The position numbers and the translations under genes were made by a program. DNA of 40,000 bases, taken from the sequence record ON287376.1; one strand, 5' to 3'. The DNA is from Serratia phage vB_SmaM-Kodama. Below the pieces are notes generated by a model. The model made no database searches and was not told where the DNA came from. It saw only the letters and a list, made by a program, of their open reading frames with translations. This document shows positions 1 through 8,655 of the stretch, piece by piece; the stretch's first letter is position 1, and each line of letters begins with the position of its first letter.

Positions 1-1
1 C

Positions 2-394
2 ACCGGTGAGAAAGATGGTAACACCGTTATCGGTCTGACCCCTGCGGCTGGCAGTAAATTGTTGAAAGGCGACGCGCGTGAGTTCTACTACGATCGTCTG
101 AGCATCGCTTCTGAACTGACCCGTAAAGCAGTTAACCTGAAGTCTGCTGACGCACTGACCCCGGCTAACCGCGACGCGTTCGCCCTGACCTGCGTAAAAG
201 CAGTTTGGGACAAATTCGTTGCTGCTGATGTCGTGTTCAAAGAAGACAAAACTGAAGGCGAAGTTGTAGCGTACGTCTACACTATCAAAGCCGACAACAA
301 AGTCTTCAACGGCGAATTCACTATCACTTCCGGCGACCAGACTCTCCAGTCCTTCAGCGAGAACCTGGGCGGCTTTGACGCACCGGCTGCGTAA
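2..394 (+). CDS. hypothetical protein, 5'-truncated by the window edge (probable virion protein)
   Basis: Frame 2 is open from the first base (TGEKDGNTVIGLTPAAGSKLLKGDAREFYY...), so the listed TTG start at 59 is probably artificial. Followed by a hairpin plus T-rich tract. Confidence 0.6.
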   Translation, partial: TGEKDGNTVIGLTPAAGSKLLKGDAREFYYDRLSIASELTRKAVNLKSADALTPANRDAFALTCVKAVWDKFVAADVVFKEDKTEGEVVAYVYTIKADNKVFNGEFTITSGDQTLQSFSENLGGFDAPAA

Positions 395-406
395 TAGTTG
401 ACCGAA

Positions 407-440
407 GAGTCGGAGGGATGACCTCCGGCTCTTATTTTAT
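407..440 (+). terminator. intrinsic terminator
   Basis: gagtcggagg-gatga-cctccggctc followed by ttattttat, directly after the stop of the first CDS. Confidence 0.75.
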
Positions 441-496
441 GTCACCTTCCCCTCATTTAGCTTTCCACTAGAGAGCTATCGCTTTAAGGATTTAAA

Positions 497-1435
497 ATGA
501 GCGCAAGTACTAATACCAACTTGATTACGCGCACTGTTCTTAGTGGGATGCTGCAAACGTGTTTGCTGGCAGGTATCCCGTTAACAGTTCTGGATTATAC
601 GACGCTCAACCAGCGTCTGGGTATTAACGAAGATGCTAAGCTGGCATCTAACGAAATGCCTACCTTCGGTTACTGGTGCATCGGTGACAAAGGTCACTGG
701 GTTGTCCCTACTTCCGATGGCGAAGTTATTATCGAACCAGCTGAACATACCGCCGGTGACTTCGCCCCGTTCAACATGATTCCGTTTGTCATGCGTGAAG
801 AGTCTAACGACCTGTCTGTAGAAGAGCGTAAGAAGTACGGCCTTCGTAAATCAGAGAACCGCAACGGGATCAACTATTTCTCTTACTACGCCAAGGCCAT
901 CGACCTGACTGGTAAGAAGCCGCGTATGGAACGTACTACCGTGAAAGACGGCGTTGCGACCACTACCGAATACACGCCGAACAACTCCAACCTGTATCCT
1001 GAGCGTAAAACTCTGACGACCAACGAAGCCGTCACTACCAACTCCGATACTCTGACCGTTTCGTTGACTACTGATGTACTGTTCGACGACAACGACGTTA
1101 AAGAGCTGAACAACGTATCTCGCATCCTGTACGGTAACGAGAAGCGTGCAATCATCTCTGAGATCGCATTGGTATCGGCATTCAAACGCGTTGTACAGGC
1201 GCCTGGTCCTGGCGGCGGTGCTATATCTATCACTGAAGCTATCTGCGCCCAGGTACTGACCTTCCTGTCTACTTATCGTCAGATGTCCTTCGATAACCGC
1301 GGTTTCGTTATTACTCTGGAAATGGGTGCCAACGAACCGATGATGACATCCGACGCGGTGGGTACCAGCTCAGGCCGCGACGCCGTTCAAAACGCACGTC
1401 AGTTGTTCTCTGCGAATATCGCACCACGCGCTTAA
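497..1435 (+). CDS. putative virion structural protein (312 aa)
   Basis: Long ORF with normal composition, followed by an RBS-spaced downstream gene; function inferred from context only. Confidence 0.6.
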   Translation: MSASTNTNLITRTVLSGMLQTCLLAGIPLTVLDYTTLNQRLGINEDAKLASNEMPTFGYWCIGDKGHWVVPTSDGEVIIEPAEHTAGDFAPFNMIPFVMREESNDLSVEERKKYGLRKSENRNGINYFSYYAKAIDLTGKKPRMERTTVKDGVATTTEYTPNNSNLYPERKTLTTNEAVTTNSDTLTVSLTTDVLFDDNDVKELNNVSRILYGNEKRAIISEIALVSAFKRVVQAPGPGGGAISITEAICAQVLTFLSTYRQMSFDNRGFVITLEMGANEPMMTSDAVGTSSGRDAVQNARQLFSANIAPRA

Positions 1436-1451
1436 AACGAAGGAGCGGTAA

Positions 1452-2600
1452 ATGAGTACTATCTTTGGCCACGATACCATCAAGGCTGAAGTTATCGATT
1501 TAATCAATAAGAAGAATGCTCAGTTTGGTGCAGACTTTACCGAGGACAACCTCGAAGTCACGTGGCTCAGCTACGATGCATTAGACCGTCGTCAAACGAT
1601 GATGACGAAAGATCTTTCTGGTCGATACTTTGGTTTACGTGATATCCGCTTCTTCAAACGCGATTACGATCTCCTCTTTAAAGGGATCGACGTAAAGATT
1701 CAGGTAGGTTCAGGCTACAACAACCGCGCGGTGCTCAAAGAGCTTTCTCGTGCATACGGGTTACCTCCATTCGAAGATTACGACTTTGCTCCAGGTCTAC
1801 TGGACATGTCTATCGAAGTAGGTGACCACGAGCAATTGATCGAATGGCCATTTGCTGACTCCAGTTGGGGTTGGACAGGGACTTGCCGATTCAAGCTCCG
1901 TAACATGAAGACCTCGCTGGAAACGCTTATTCCAGATGGTACATTGGATCGATTCCATCCAGAAGAGCTGAAAGGCGTCTTCTACGAATTGGTCAATGGT
2001 ACGTTGAGTGGATTGGATTACCCAGAATACTTCGACCTTGGTAAGATCATTACGATCACCGATCTCGAAGGCTTGGAATACCCAGACGATATCGACTTGG
2101 GTGTTATTATCCATACCACAGATCTGGAAGGTCTGGAATATCCGCCGATGACTGACATCAGCAAATTCCAAACTAGCGATCTCCAGGGCTTGGAATATCC
2201 TCCTGCTTACGACTTGACTAAACTCAATGTCTTTGCATTGGCCGGCCTGGATTATCCAAGTGGTACTGGCGCAGGTCAAACTTCTGCGTACAGCACGACC
2301 TACCCACTGGACTTCTCTGATTACCAACGTGCAATCCGTACTTATCGTTTAGGCGATACGATCACGGACGTTAACTTGGTGAACGTCATTGTTAGCATGA
2401 TCCAGTCTAACTGGACTAAGCTGCAGGGTGAGACTAACAAGTCTAACCTCTTTAACTCCTTCTTGAATGCGACCATCCAGAGCATTGAACAGAAACGTTC
2501 GATCCATGGTTGGACTATTTCGGTTGGCGTTAAGTTGAGTTCTCAACGCGTACTTCGCGGCAATGCCGTGCTGCGTTACGACATCCAATCTGAATATTAA
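1452..2600 (+). CDS. putative virion structural protein with tandem L-x-G-L-[DE]-Y-P repeats (382 aa)
   Basis: RBS aggagcgg upstream of ATG at 1452; internal 19-20 aa repeats; terminator downstream. Confidence 0.65.
   Translation: MSTIFGHDTIKAEVIDLINKKNAQFGADFTEDNLEVTWLSYDALDRRQTMMTKDLSGRYFGLRDIRFFKRDYDLLFKGIDVKIQVGSGYNNRAVLKELSRAYGLPPFEDYDFAPGLLDMSIEVGDHEQLIEWPFADSSWGWTGTCRFKLRNMKTSLETLIPDGTLDRFHPEELKGVFYELVNGTLSGLDYPEYFDLGKIITITDLEGLEYPDDIDLGVIIHTTDLEGLEYPPMTDISKFQTSDLQGLEYPPAYDLTKLNVFALAGLDYPSGTGAGQTSAYSTTYPLDFSDYQRAIRTYRLGDTITDVNLVNVIVSMIQSNWTKLQGETNKSNLFNSFLNATIQSIEQKRSIHGWTISVGVKLSSQRVLRGNAVLRYDIQSEY
2001..2262 (+). repeat. coding tandem repeat, 4 units plus a fifth partial, ~57-60 nt period
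   Basis: LSGLDYPEYFDLGKIITITD / LEGLEYPDDIDLGVIIHTTD / LEGLEYPPMTDISKFQTSD / LQGLEYPPAYDLTKLNVFA / LAGLDYP. Confidence 0.85.
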
Positions 2601-2611
2601 TGACGATAATT

Positions 2612-2641
2612 AAAAGTAGGGGCTTCGGCCTCTACTTTTTT
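2612..2641 (+). terminator. intrinsic terminator
   Basis: aaaagtaggg-gcttcggc-ctctactttttt: hairpin with U-tract after the 382 aa gene. Confidence 0.85.
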
Positions 2642-2683
2642 ATGCTTACTTATTTTTTTATATTAAATCTTCCAGAGGGTCAT

Positions 2684-3328
2684 ATGGGTGATACAAAATT
2701 CAGGGTTATCGGCATCGACCCAGGGAGCCGTTGTTTCGGTTTGTCAGTAATTGAATACGACTTAATCAACATGACCGAAACGCTGGTTTACGCAACTACT
2801 TTCAAACCAGACCCTATTCTTCATGAACGTCATCCGTACATGATCCTCGGGGAGCGCGGCGCACGTCACCGTCTTTGTGAGGACTTTGTCGTAGAGTCTC
2901 TCAAAACGTTCAAGCCACATCTCGTCGTCTGCGAATCTGCCTTCCTTAAATTCAAAGCGGTTAATGCCTACCGTTCGCTGATCGAAGGTATTGTCACCAT
3001 TCGCCGTGCCTTACAACGTTACGACGACACGATGCATTTACTTACCGTTGAACCAAGTGCTGCTAAGAAAGCAGTAGGTGCACGTAACTCGGATAGTCCG
3101 GATAAAAAGTTGATCGTTCGCCTGGCAATAGAGCGAATGAAAACCATGATCAAGAATGTTGCTATTTCTGATCTGGATGAGCACGCAGTCGATGCGGTTG
3201 CAATTGGCCACTGGGCTATGGATAAATGGCTTAGTGAAATGAAATGTATTATTGAAGGAGTGGATGCATGTTCTTCGTCTTCGAAGGAATGGATGGGGCA
3301 GGAAAAACGACTTGTCGGGATGGTGTAG
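2684..3328 (+). CDS. ruvC-like: RuvC-like Holliday junction resolvase / RNase H-fold nuclease (214 aa)
   Basis: FRVIGIDPGSRCFGLSVIEYD N-terminal motif, VVCESAFL middle, DSPDKKLI...DEHAVDAVAIGHWA C-terminal acidic motif. Start moved from 2600 to 2684 (RBS gaggg at 2675-2679; the 2600 start reads through a terminator). Confidence 0.8.
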   Translation: MGDTKFRVIGIDPGSRCFGLSVIEYDLINMTETLVYATTFKPDPILHERHPYMILGERGARHRLCEDFVVESLKTFKPHLVVCESAFLKFKAVNAYRSLIEGIVTIRRALQRYDDTMHLLTVEPSAAKKAVGARNSDSPDKKLIVRLAIERMKTMIKNVAISDLDEHAVDAVAIGHWAMDKWLSEMKCIIEGVDACSSSSKEWMGQEKRLVGMV

Positions 3329-3918
3329 CTAAACGTCTCAGGGAAATGGGTTACGATGTAGTAGTTTGCCGTGAACCGGGAGGTACTCTCATTGGTGAGC
3401 AGATTCGAGACTTACTGCTCTTTGATGAATCTAAATACTATCAGAAACTCTCTGAATCGTCCCGTGTGCTGTTATTTAATGCTAGCCGTAGCGAACACCT
3501 GGAGCATGTGATTAAACCTTCTGTAGAGGCTGGGAAGATCGTTCTCGTCGATCGTTGGGTTTATTCTACAATCGCTTATACGGAAAACGAATCAAATCGT
3601 TGGGCAGCTGCCAATATTCACAACGAAGTTATTGGCGATTACGAATGCGATCCAGATCATGTCTTCTTCTTGGATATCGATAAAGAGTCAGCTAAAGAAC
3701 GTCTTATGGAATGTAATGACGGTAAGTTGGACGATATCGAGAAACGTATCCTGGAAGACTTTGACACCCATCGTGAACGTTACGAATGGGCTTTCAAATG
3801 CCTTCCCGTTGACCACTCCGTATTAGATGGTACTGATACTATCGAGAATCTGCAGGATATTGTGTTAACCAAAATATTGCAGGTAATCGAAAATGAAGCT
3901 GGGCGAACTCCTCGATAG
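3268..3918 (+). CDS. tmk: thymidylate kinase (dTMP kinase)
   Basis: FVFEGMDGAGKTT P-loop, REPGGTLIGEQIRDLL, VLLFNASRSEH, VLVDRWVYSTIAY, FFLDID: canonical TMK motifs. Confidence 0.9.
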   Translation: MFFVFEGMDGAGKTTCRDGVAKRLREMGYDVVVCREPGGTLIGEQIRDLLLFDESKYYQKLSESSRVLLFNASRSEHLEHVIKPSVEAGKIVLVDRWVYSTIAYTENESNRWAAANIHNEVIGDYECDPDHVFFLDIDKESAKERLMECNDGKLDDIEKRILEDFDTHRERYEWAFKCLPVDHSVLDGTDTIENLQDIVLTKILQVIENEAGRTPR

Positions 3919-4468
3919 TAGTTATGGCTCGATCGGTATTGGTTATTTGGTTACGACGGACGGCAAGGCTCTCGATAAACTCTTGGGTAAAGCATTGAAC
4001 CTCACGGACTACCATGGTCCGATGACGGCAGATGCCCTCAAGAGAAAACTGGACACTGTCGACGAAACTATCCGCAACCAGATCCGTGACATTGAGATCA
4101 GTGACACGAAGATCAACAATGCGGGTGGTGTGAAGAAAGAGATACGTGACCTGACCGAACCAAGTCCTGGTGAAAGAATGGCACGTAACTGGATGGGTGT
4201 ACTGATGTGTCTGGTTATGGCGGGTTGCAACATCGCAATCACAGCCGCAACGGTTATCGTCTCTATCGCTCGGAAAGAATTCCCCAGCACCATGTTGGTC
4301 GCTACGGTGATTATTCCTACCATGTGTATCGCTTGGTACTACATGGGCATCATCAACAAGGAACGACGAGATATCCTTTCTGCTGTATTCGGGGATAACC
4401 TGAAGAACGGTACGATTGGTGAAATAGTCAGCGTTGTACGTAACCGAAACAAAACTGATCAATCATAG
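3893..4468 (+). CDS. putative membrane protein with two C-terminal hydrophobic segments (191 aa)
   Basis: NWMGVLMCLVMAGCNIAITAATVIVSIA and MLVATVIIPTMCIAWYYMGII; terminator directly after the stop. Confidence 0.6.
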   Translation: MKLGELLDSSYGSIGIGYLVTTDGKALDKLLGKALNLTDYHGPMTADALKRKLDTVDETIRNQIRDIEISDTKINNAGGVKKEIRDLTEPSPGERMARNWMGVLMCLVMAGCNIAITAATVIVSIARKEFPSTMLVATVIIPTMCIAWYYMGIINKERRDILSAVFGDNLKNGTIGEIVSVVRNRNKTDQS

Positions 4469-4469
4469 A

Positions 4470-4500
4470 GGAAAGGGGCGTTTGCCCCTTTCCTTATTTT
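4470..4500 (+). terminator. intrinsic terminator at convergent gene junction
   Basis: ggaaaggggc-gttt-gcccctttcc then ttatttt. Confidence 0.85.
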
Positions 4501-5102
4501 GCATCGTGGGTTTTCTTTGCCTGATCTAAAGCTTCGCGAACGTATTGCTGATACTTCTCAAACGCTCCTTTATACTGCACCAGAGCTTCTTGAGCTGCAC
4601 CTAGATACACGGCGCATTGATCTGCTCGATAGGCTTCCCCTTTAAGAAATTGCACAGACGATTCTGGAAGTTTGGCGTAATAGGTTCCATTACTTCCGGC
4701 TGGACTTCCGGTAACTTGACTTCCTTTACCTTTATCTCCAGCGTTTCCGTCGGTGCCTTTGGTGGCGTCAACGCGCAACCAGACATCGCCAATACTGCCA
4801 AGCTGAGTGCGCTGCTTATCAATATTCGTTTTAGCATCATTAAGGCCTTTATTGAGTTTATCGAAACCGTCATCCATTGACTTACTAAGACCATTCAGTT
4901 TATCGTCCAAACCGGCTTGAAGGCCTTTCTGCAATTCAGAGAGCATTGAGTTACGTGCATCAGTGAGTCGCTTCTCTACTTGTGCGTTGATGTATTGATT
5001 AACCTTAACTACAATGTAGGTAGAGGCAATCGCAATCAACGCAATGTAAATGTAGAGTTTATACTGGCCAAGGAATGCGGAGATCAACCCTTTAGGATTC
5101 AT
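4494..5102 (-). CDS. i-spanin-like (Rz-like) inner-membrane protein (202 aa)
   Basis: Short cytoplasmic N-terminus, one N-terminal TM (YIYIALIAIASTYIVVKV), long helical/coiled periplasmic domain, and an embedded lipoprotein ORF in another frame. Confidence 0.65.
   Translation of the reverse strand: MNPKGLISAFLGQYKLYIYIALIAIASTYIVVKVNQYINAQVEKRLTDARNSMLSELQKGLQAGLDDKLNGLSKSMDDGFDKLNKGLNDAKTNIDKQRTQLGSIGDVWLRVDATKGTDGNAGDKGKGSQVTGSPAGSNGTYYAKLPESSVQFLKGEAYRADQCAVYLGAAQEALVQYKGAFEKYQQYVREALDQAKKTHDAK
4601..4840 (-). CDS. o-spanin-like (Rz1-like) outer-membrane lipoprotein embedded in the i-spanin gene (~78-79 aa)
   Basis: From internal ATGATG: MMLKRILISSALSLAVLAMSGC|ALTPPKAPTETLEIKVKEVKLPEVQPEV...: basic N-terminus, hydrophobic core, SGC lipobox-like motif, proline-rich mature part; AAAGG upstream of the ATG. 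Confidence 0.7.
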   Translation of the reverse strand: MMLKRILISSALSLAVLAMSGCALTPPKAPTETLEIKVKEVKLPEVQPEVMEPITPNFQNRLCNFLKGKPIEQINAPCI

Positions 5103-6349
5103 AGCACGCTCACTCGTTTAATAAGTAAGAAACCAGCCCGAGAACGCCACGCACGTTTATACCCGTAACGTTGATCACGGATAACCGTAGCATCGGTGAC
5201 AGAAGTACTGTGACGGATATAGTTGTAGTAGTCGTGACGAGGGACACCGATTGCCCAGAAGCCATCACGTTCTTCTACGTTGTACTCAACCAAGAAACCA
5301 CTGCCCAATTGAAGAGGGAGGTCAGGTAACTCTTGTCCAGGCGTCAAGTACATACCCGGCAATTCAGTTTCCTTAATCTTCAAGTTCTCAACAGTGATGT
5401 TATTGGTTTGGATAATGAAGAGGAATGACTGAGACAATTTCAGGAATGCTTTAATTGAATCGTCAGAGGTGAATTGACTGGTGACGAATTGGTCTGGTGA
5501 GTTGGCATCTTTAGACAACGGAATCGAACTCAAATCCAATGTACCGTAAGTCGTATAGAAGATGTCAGGGAAATCCAACAACTGTGTGTTGAACTTAACA
5601 CGACGATCACCTACGATTGACAGAGTGCCGTTCAACAGATGCATTTGACCTGCTACAACGATACCTACCGTCTTACCGATGAGGTCTTCCGGAGTATCAA
5701 TAAAGAAGCCACGGGACAGAGGTAAATCTTTACCGCCCCCTCGGATCATTTCATCCGTGATGTTGTATGTCTTAATTTCGGCAATACTACTGAAGTCAAG
5801 GATACCCACTCGGTTGTCGTTGTACTTCGCTGCTGCTGCACCTGCCCCTAATAAGGCAATGCCGCCAGTAGGTAAAGTATCTGCCCGGAAAATCAAACCG
5901 TTAGTTGTAAACAAGGCGTTACGGACGATTCTTTCATAGTCGTCAATACCATCTTTTTTAAGCATGATATCGACACGCTGGTCGGGAAGAAGGTTTTCAC
6001 TTTCAGCAAAGCTAAAGTTAATGCCAGTGGTTTTCATTTCAAAGGCATTAGCAAACATAGCTCTGACGTAGTGCTCACCTTTCATCCCCGTAGGATCATC
6101 TTCGTAGAGATTCAGTGGGGAGGTGATTTCCAACCAACGTTCTATTTCAGCCGGTGAAGTTCTTAATTGAATAGGAAGCTGGTACAAGTCCAACCAACCT
6201 GTAATATTTTTATCGGTGTCGAACAACTGTACCATGCAAAGGTGATACAGTTGGAAAATGTCATTCAAACGCATCCCTTTTAGGTTAACGTTCTGCCAGT
6301 CACCGTAATTCCCCTTAGGGATAGCTTGCGCGGTCACTATCTGGTACAT
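5099..6349 (-). CDS. putative virion structural protein (416 aa)
   Basis: Long ORF with RBS caggagaaagt-ATG; stop overlaps the start of the spanin-like gene by 4 nt; function from context. Confidence 0.6.
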   Translation of the reverse strand: MYQIVTAQAIPKGNYGDWQNVNLKGMRLNDIFQLYHLCMVQLFDTDKNITGWLDLYQLPIQLRTSPAEIERWLEITSPLNLYEDDPTGMKGEHYVRAMFANAFEMKTTGINFSFAESENLLPDQRVDIMLKKDGIDDYERIVRNALFTTNGLIFRADTLPTGGIALLGAGAAAAKYNDNRVGILDFSSIAEIKTYNITDEMIRGGGKDLPLSRGFFIDTPEDLIGKTVGIVVAGQMHLLNGTLSIVGDRRVKFNTQLLDFPDIFYTTYGTLDLSSIPLSKDANSPDQFVTSQFTSDDSIKAFLKLSQSFLFIIQTNNITVENLKIKETELPGMYLTPGQELPDLPLQLGSGFLVEYNVEERDGFWAIGVPRHDYYNYIRHSTSVTDATVIRDQRYGYKRAWRSRAGFLLIKRVSVL

Positions 6350-6415
6350 ACTTTCTCCTGTTTAGGCGACGCATTTGTATGTTACCCATCGGCCGATGGA
6401 TGAACTGAGGCTAAT

Positions 6416-8644
6416 ATGAACAATACTAAGTATCAGTACGACTTTGATCCATACGGGACAAATCCCGAGAACAAGATCGTATCAGAACCACATACCATTA
6501 CTGCCGTTAATGGTACAGATTTTAACTTTGTCGTCCCACGCTTTGCTCCTTTTTTCCGAAGAGACATCGTTGTTCGTAACTCCTCTACCGGTGCAAGATT
6601 GCGTCCTAACGTAGACTACTATTTCGGTTTCCGTTTCGACCAGATCCTGGTAAGTGGCAGTATGCAACCAGTCTATGGTGCGATCGTATTTAACGACCGT
6701 ACTTTGTCGGGTAATATCGAGATCGATTACCAGACTCTCGGTGGTGAATTCGTTCTGAGTGAGTCTCAAGTTCTTGAGATCCTCGCTAACAAACAGATCG
6801 ACCCACGCACGGTCACTTGGGGGTCTATCGTAGACTTACCAACTGAGTTCCCGCCGATCCCTCACCGTGTTAACGCTGAAGACATGGTAGGGATGTCAGA
6901 GGTTGTTGCTTCTAACTACAACATTGCAGATGCTATCCGTGAAGGTAACGTCAAGGCGATGGAAGCGTTGATGGAGCACATCCAGGACCACAACAACCCG
7001 CACCACATTACCCTGGCAGATCTGGGTATTGACCAGCTGGGTAACCTGGTACCTGCATCTAAAGAGCAAGCGGAAGGTGGTACGGATAATACCTACTACA
7101 TGACCGCTCTCCGTACGAAGCAGTTTACTAACGCGAACGTTATCCCGGTTATCGATGCTCACAAAGCAGACGACAGTAACCCGCATAACGTAACTGCGGC
7201 TCAGGTTGGCTTGGGTCTGGTTAACAACTGGCGTGCTGCCAACCAAAACGAAGCAGCTGCTGGCGTAGCCGATAACCTTTACATGGTACCGAGTACAACC
7301 ACTACGTTGGTACAGACTCTGGTTCCAGTTCTGATGCGTTCGCACACCGATCGCCAGGACAACCCGCACAACGTTACCGCAACCCAGGTAGGTTTGGGTA
7401 ACGTGCCTAACTTCCCAATGGCCACGGAAGAGCAAGCAATTGGTGGTGTGAACCGTAATACGTTCATGTCTCCGTACTTGGTCAACTTGGCGCTGAAGAA
7501 CGGCTCAGAACAACCACTGATCGAACACATCAACAACCACAACAACCCTCACGAAGTTACAGCTGCTCAAGTAGGCCTGGACTTGGTGAACAACTACGCA
7601 ATGGCTAACGCATCTGATGCAAACGCCATGACTCGTTCTGACCTGTATCTGTCTCCTCAGAACCTGGGTAGTTGGTGGAGTGCTGTTGCTCGTGTATATA
7701 TCGACCAGCAGATTGCCAATGGTCTGAACATGACCAAAGACGACGTGGGTCTGGGTCTGGTAGTTAACGCCGGTTTCGCAACCGACGCTGAAGCTATCGA
7801 TCCGAGTAAAACTCAGGTCTACATGGATCCTAAGGGAACCAACCTGGCAATCCTTAATAAAGATCTGGTGAAAGCTTACAGTATCCAACCGGCTTACATG
7901 GATACGTTGGCTAAAGGTTTCCCTGCGACGATGTTTGTTGCGACGATGCCTAACCTGTCGAGTGGTTTGAACAACACCTGGACGAGTACGTTGCGCACCA
8001 TCAAGTCACCGTTTAACCGTGACTCCGCTGTCAGCGTTATTCTGTCTCCTTCTCCGGCGACTTATTATCAGCGAGCTTTCGTTGATGCAAGTAGCACCGG
8101 GATTCAACCAGGTTTCATCTTCGGTTATCAAGGAACAGATACCGACCCAGTGAAGTACGCTGCGATCTTCTTTAAGAACAAAGCATGTTACCTAGGTACG
8201 TACGAAAACCAAAACTGGACTTACGGCCCAGACGTAGCCTTGGCTTCTCTGACCGGTACTTCGGTTCAAGTAACGTGTACAGTTTCAGGTAAGAATATTG
8301 CCGTGACCGTAGGTACAACCACCGTCAACGTCGATATCTCTGCGCTGGTCTTCAATGCGACCAACTATACGTGGCGTGCAGGTTACGTGAACGTAGGTAG
8401 CGCACCGACGGAGTTTACTCCTGTCTCCATGCCTGCCTTTACTGGGAAAATCGTTGATGTTATCGATTACCTGGATTACACGTTCAGTAACAACACCTGG
8501 ACAGTAGTGGCTACTAACGATTCGCAAACGATCAGTAATGATCTGACCGCCGGTCGTCGTTGCTACAACTACGCTACCGGGGAGTGCTTCGCGGTGACTG
8601 CACCAGAAGAGTACTTCGCCATCACGCAACCTGTCTCTGTTTAA
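6416..8644 (+). CDS. tail fibre / adhesin-like protein with NPHxVT..QVGLG repeats (742 aa)
   Basis: Repeats HNNPHHITLADLGIDQLGN, DSNPHNVTAAQVGLGLVNN, RQDNPHNVTATQVGLGNVPN, HNNPHEVTAAQVGLDLVNN; resembles the phage tail fibre repeat family. Confidence 0.85.
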   Translation: MNNTKYQYDFDPYGTNPENKIVSEPHTITAVNGTDFNFVVPRFAPFFRRDIVVRNSSTGARLRPNVDYYFGFRFDQILVSGSMQPVYGAIVFNDRTLSGNIEIDYQTLGGEFVLSESQVLEILANKQIDPRTVTWGSIVDLPTEFPPIPHRVNAEDMVGMSEVVASNYNIADAIREGNVKAMEALMEHIQDHNNPHHITLADLGIDQLGNLVPASKEQAEGGTDNTYYMTALRTKQFTNANVIPVIDAHKADDSNPHNVTAAQVGLGLVNNWRAANQNEAAAGVADNLYMVPSTTTTLVQTLVPVLMRSHTDRQDNPHNVTATQVGLGNVPNFPMATEEQAIGGVNRNTFMSPYLVNLALKNGSEQPLIEHINNHNNPHEVTAAQVGLDLVNNYAMANASDANAMTRSDLYLSPQNLGSWWSAVARVYIDQQIANGLNMTKDDVGLGLVVNAGFATDAEAIDPSKTQVYMDPKGTNLAILNKDLVKAYSIQPAYMDTLAKGFPATMFVATMPNLSSGLNNTWTSTLRTIKSPFNRDSAVSVILSPSPATYYQRAFVDASSTGIQPGFIFGYQGTDTDPVKYAAIFFKNKACYLGTYENQNWTYGPDVALASLTGTSVQVTCTVSGKNIAVTVGTTTVNVDISALVFNATNYTWRAGYVNVGSAPTEFTPVSMPAFTGKIVDVIDYLDYTFSNNTWTVVATNDSQTISNDLTAGRRCYNYATGECFAVTAPEEYFAITQPVSV
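6971..7680 (+). repeat. four coding tail-fibre repeats (~50-70 aa spacing)
   Basis: HxxxxxNPHxVTxxQVGLGxVxN...A...EA..G...N.YM motif repeated. Confidence 0.75.
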
Positions 8645-8655
8645 CGAGGTAAACA

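Noticed and set aside
2001-2262. Possible CRISPR-like array from ~60 nt periodicity
   Set aside because: Repeats are imperfect, in frame and maintain a protein motif; no conserved repeat/variable spacer pattern.
1797-2327. 176 aa minus-strand ORF over the GLEYP repeats
   Set aside because: Its extent mirrors the repeat-bearing plus-strand gene; no RBS-supported start seen.
3839-4462. 207 aa minus-strand ORF
   Set aside because: Antisense to the tmk end and the 191 aa membrane protein, which has clear TM segments and a correctly placed terminator; the antisense product looks like shadow coding.
6896-7888. Minus-strand ORFs of 179, 88 and 127 aa inside the first tail fibre
   Set aside because: Their length follows from the repetitive plus-strand coding sequence; no RBS or independent context.
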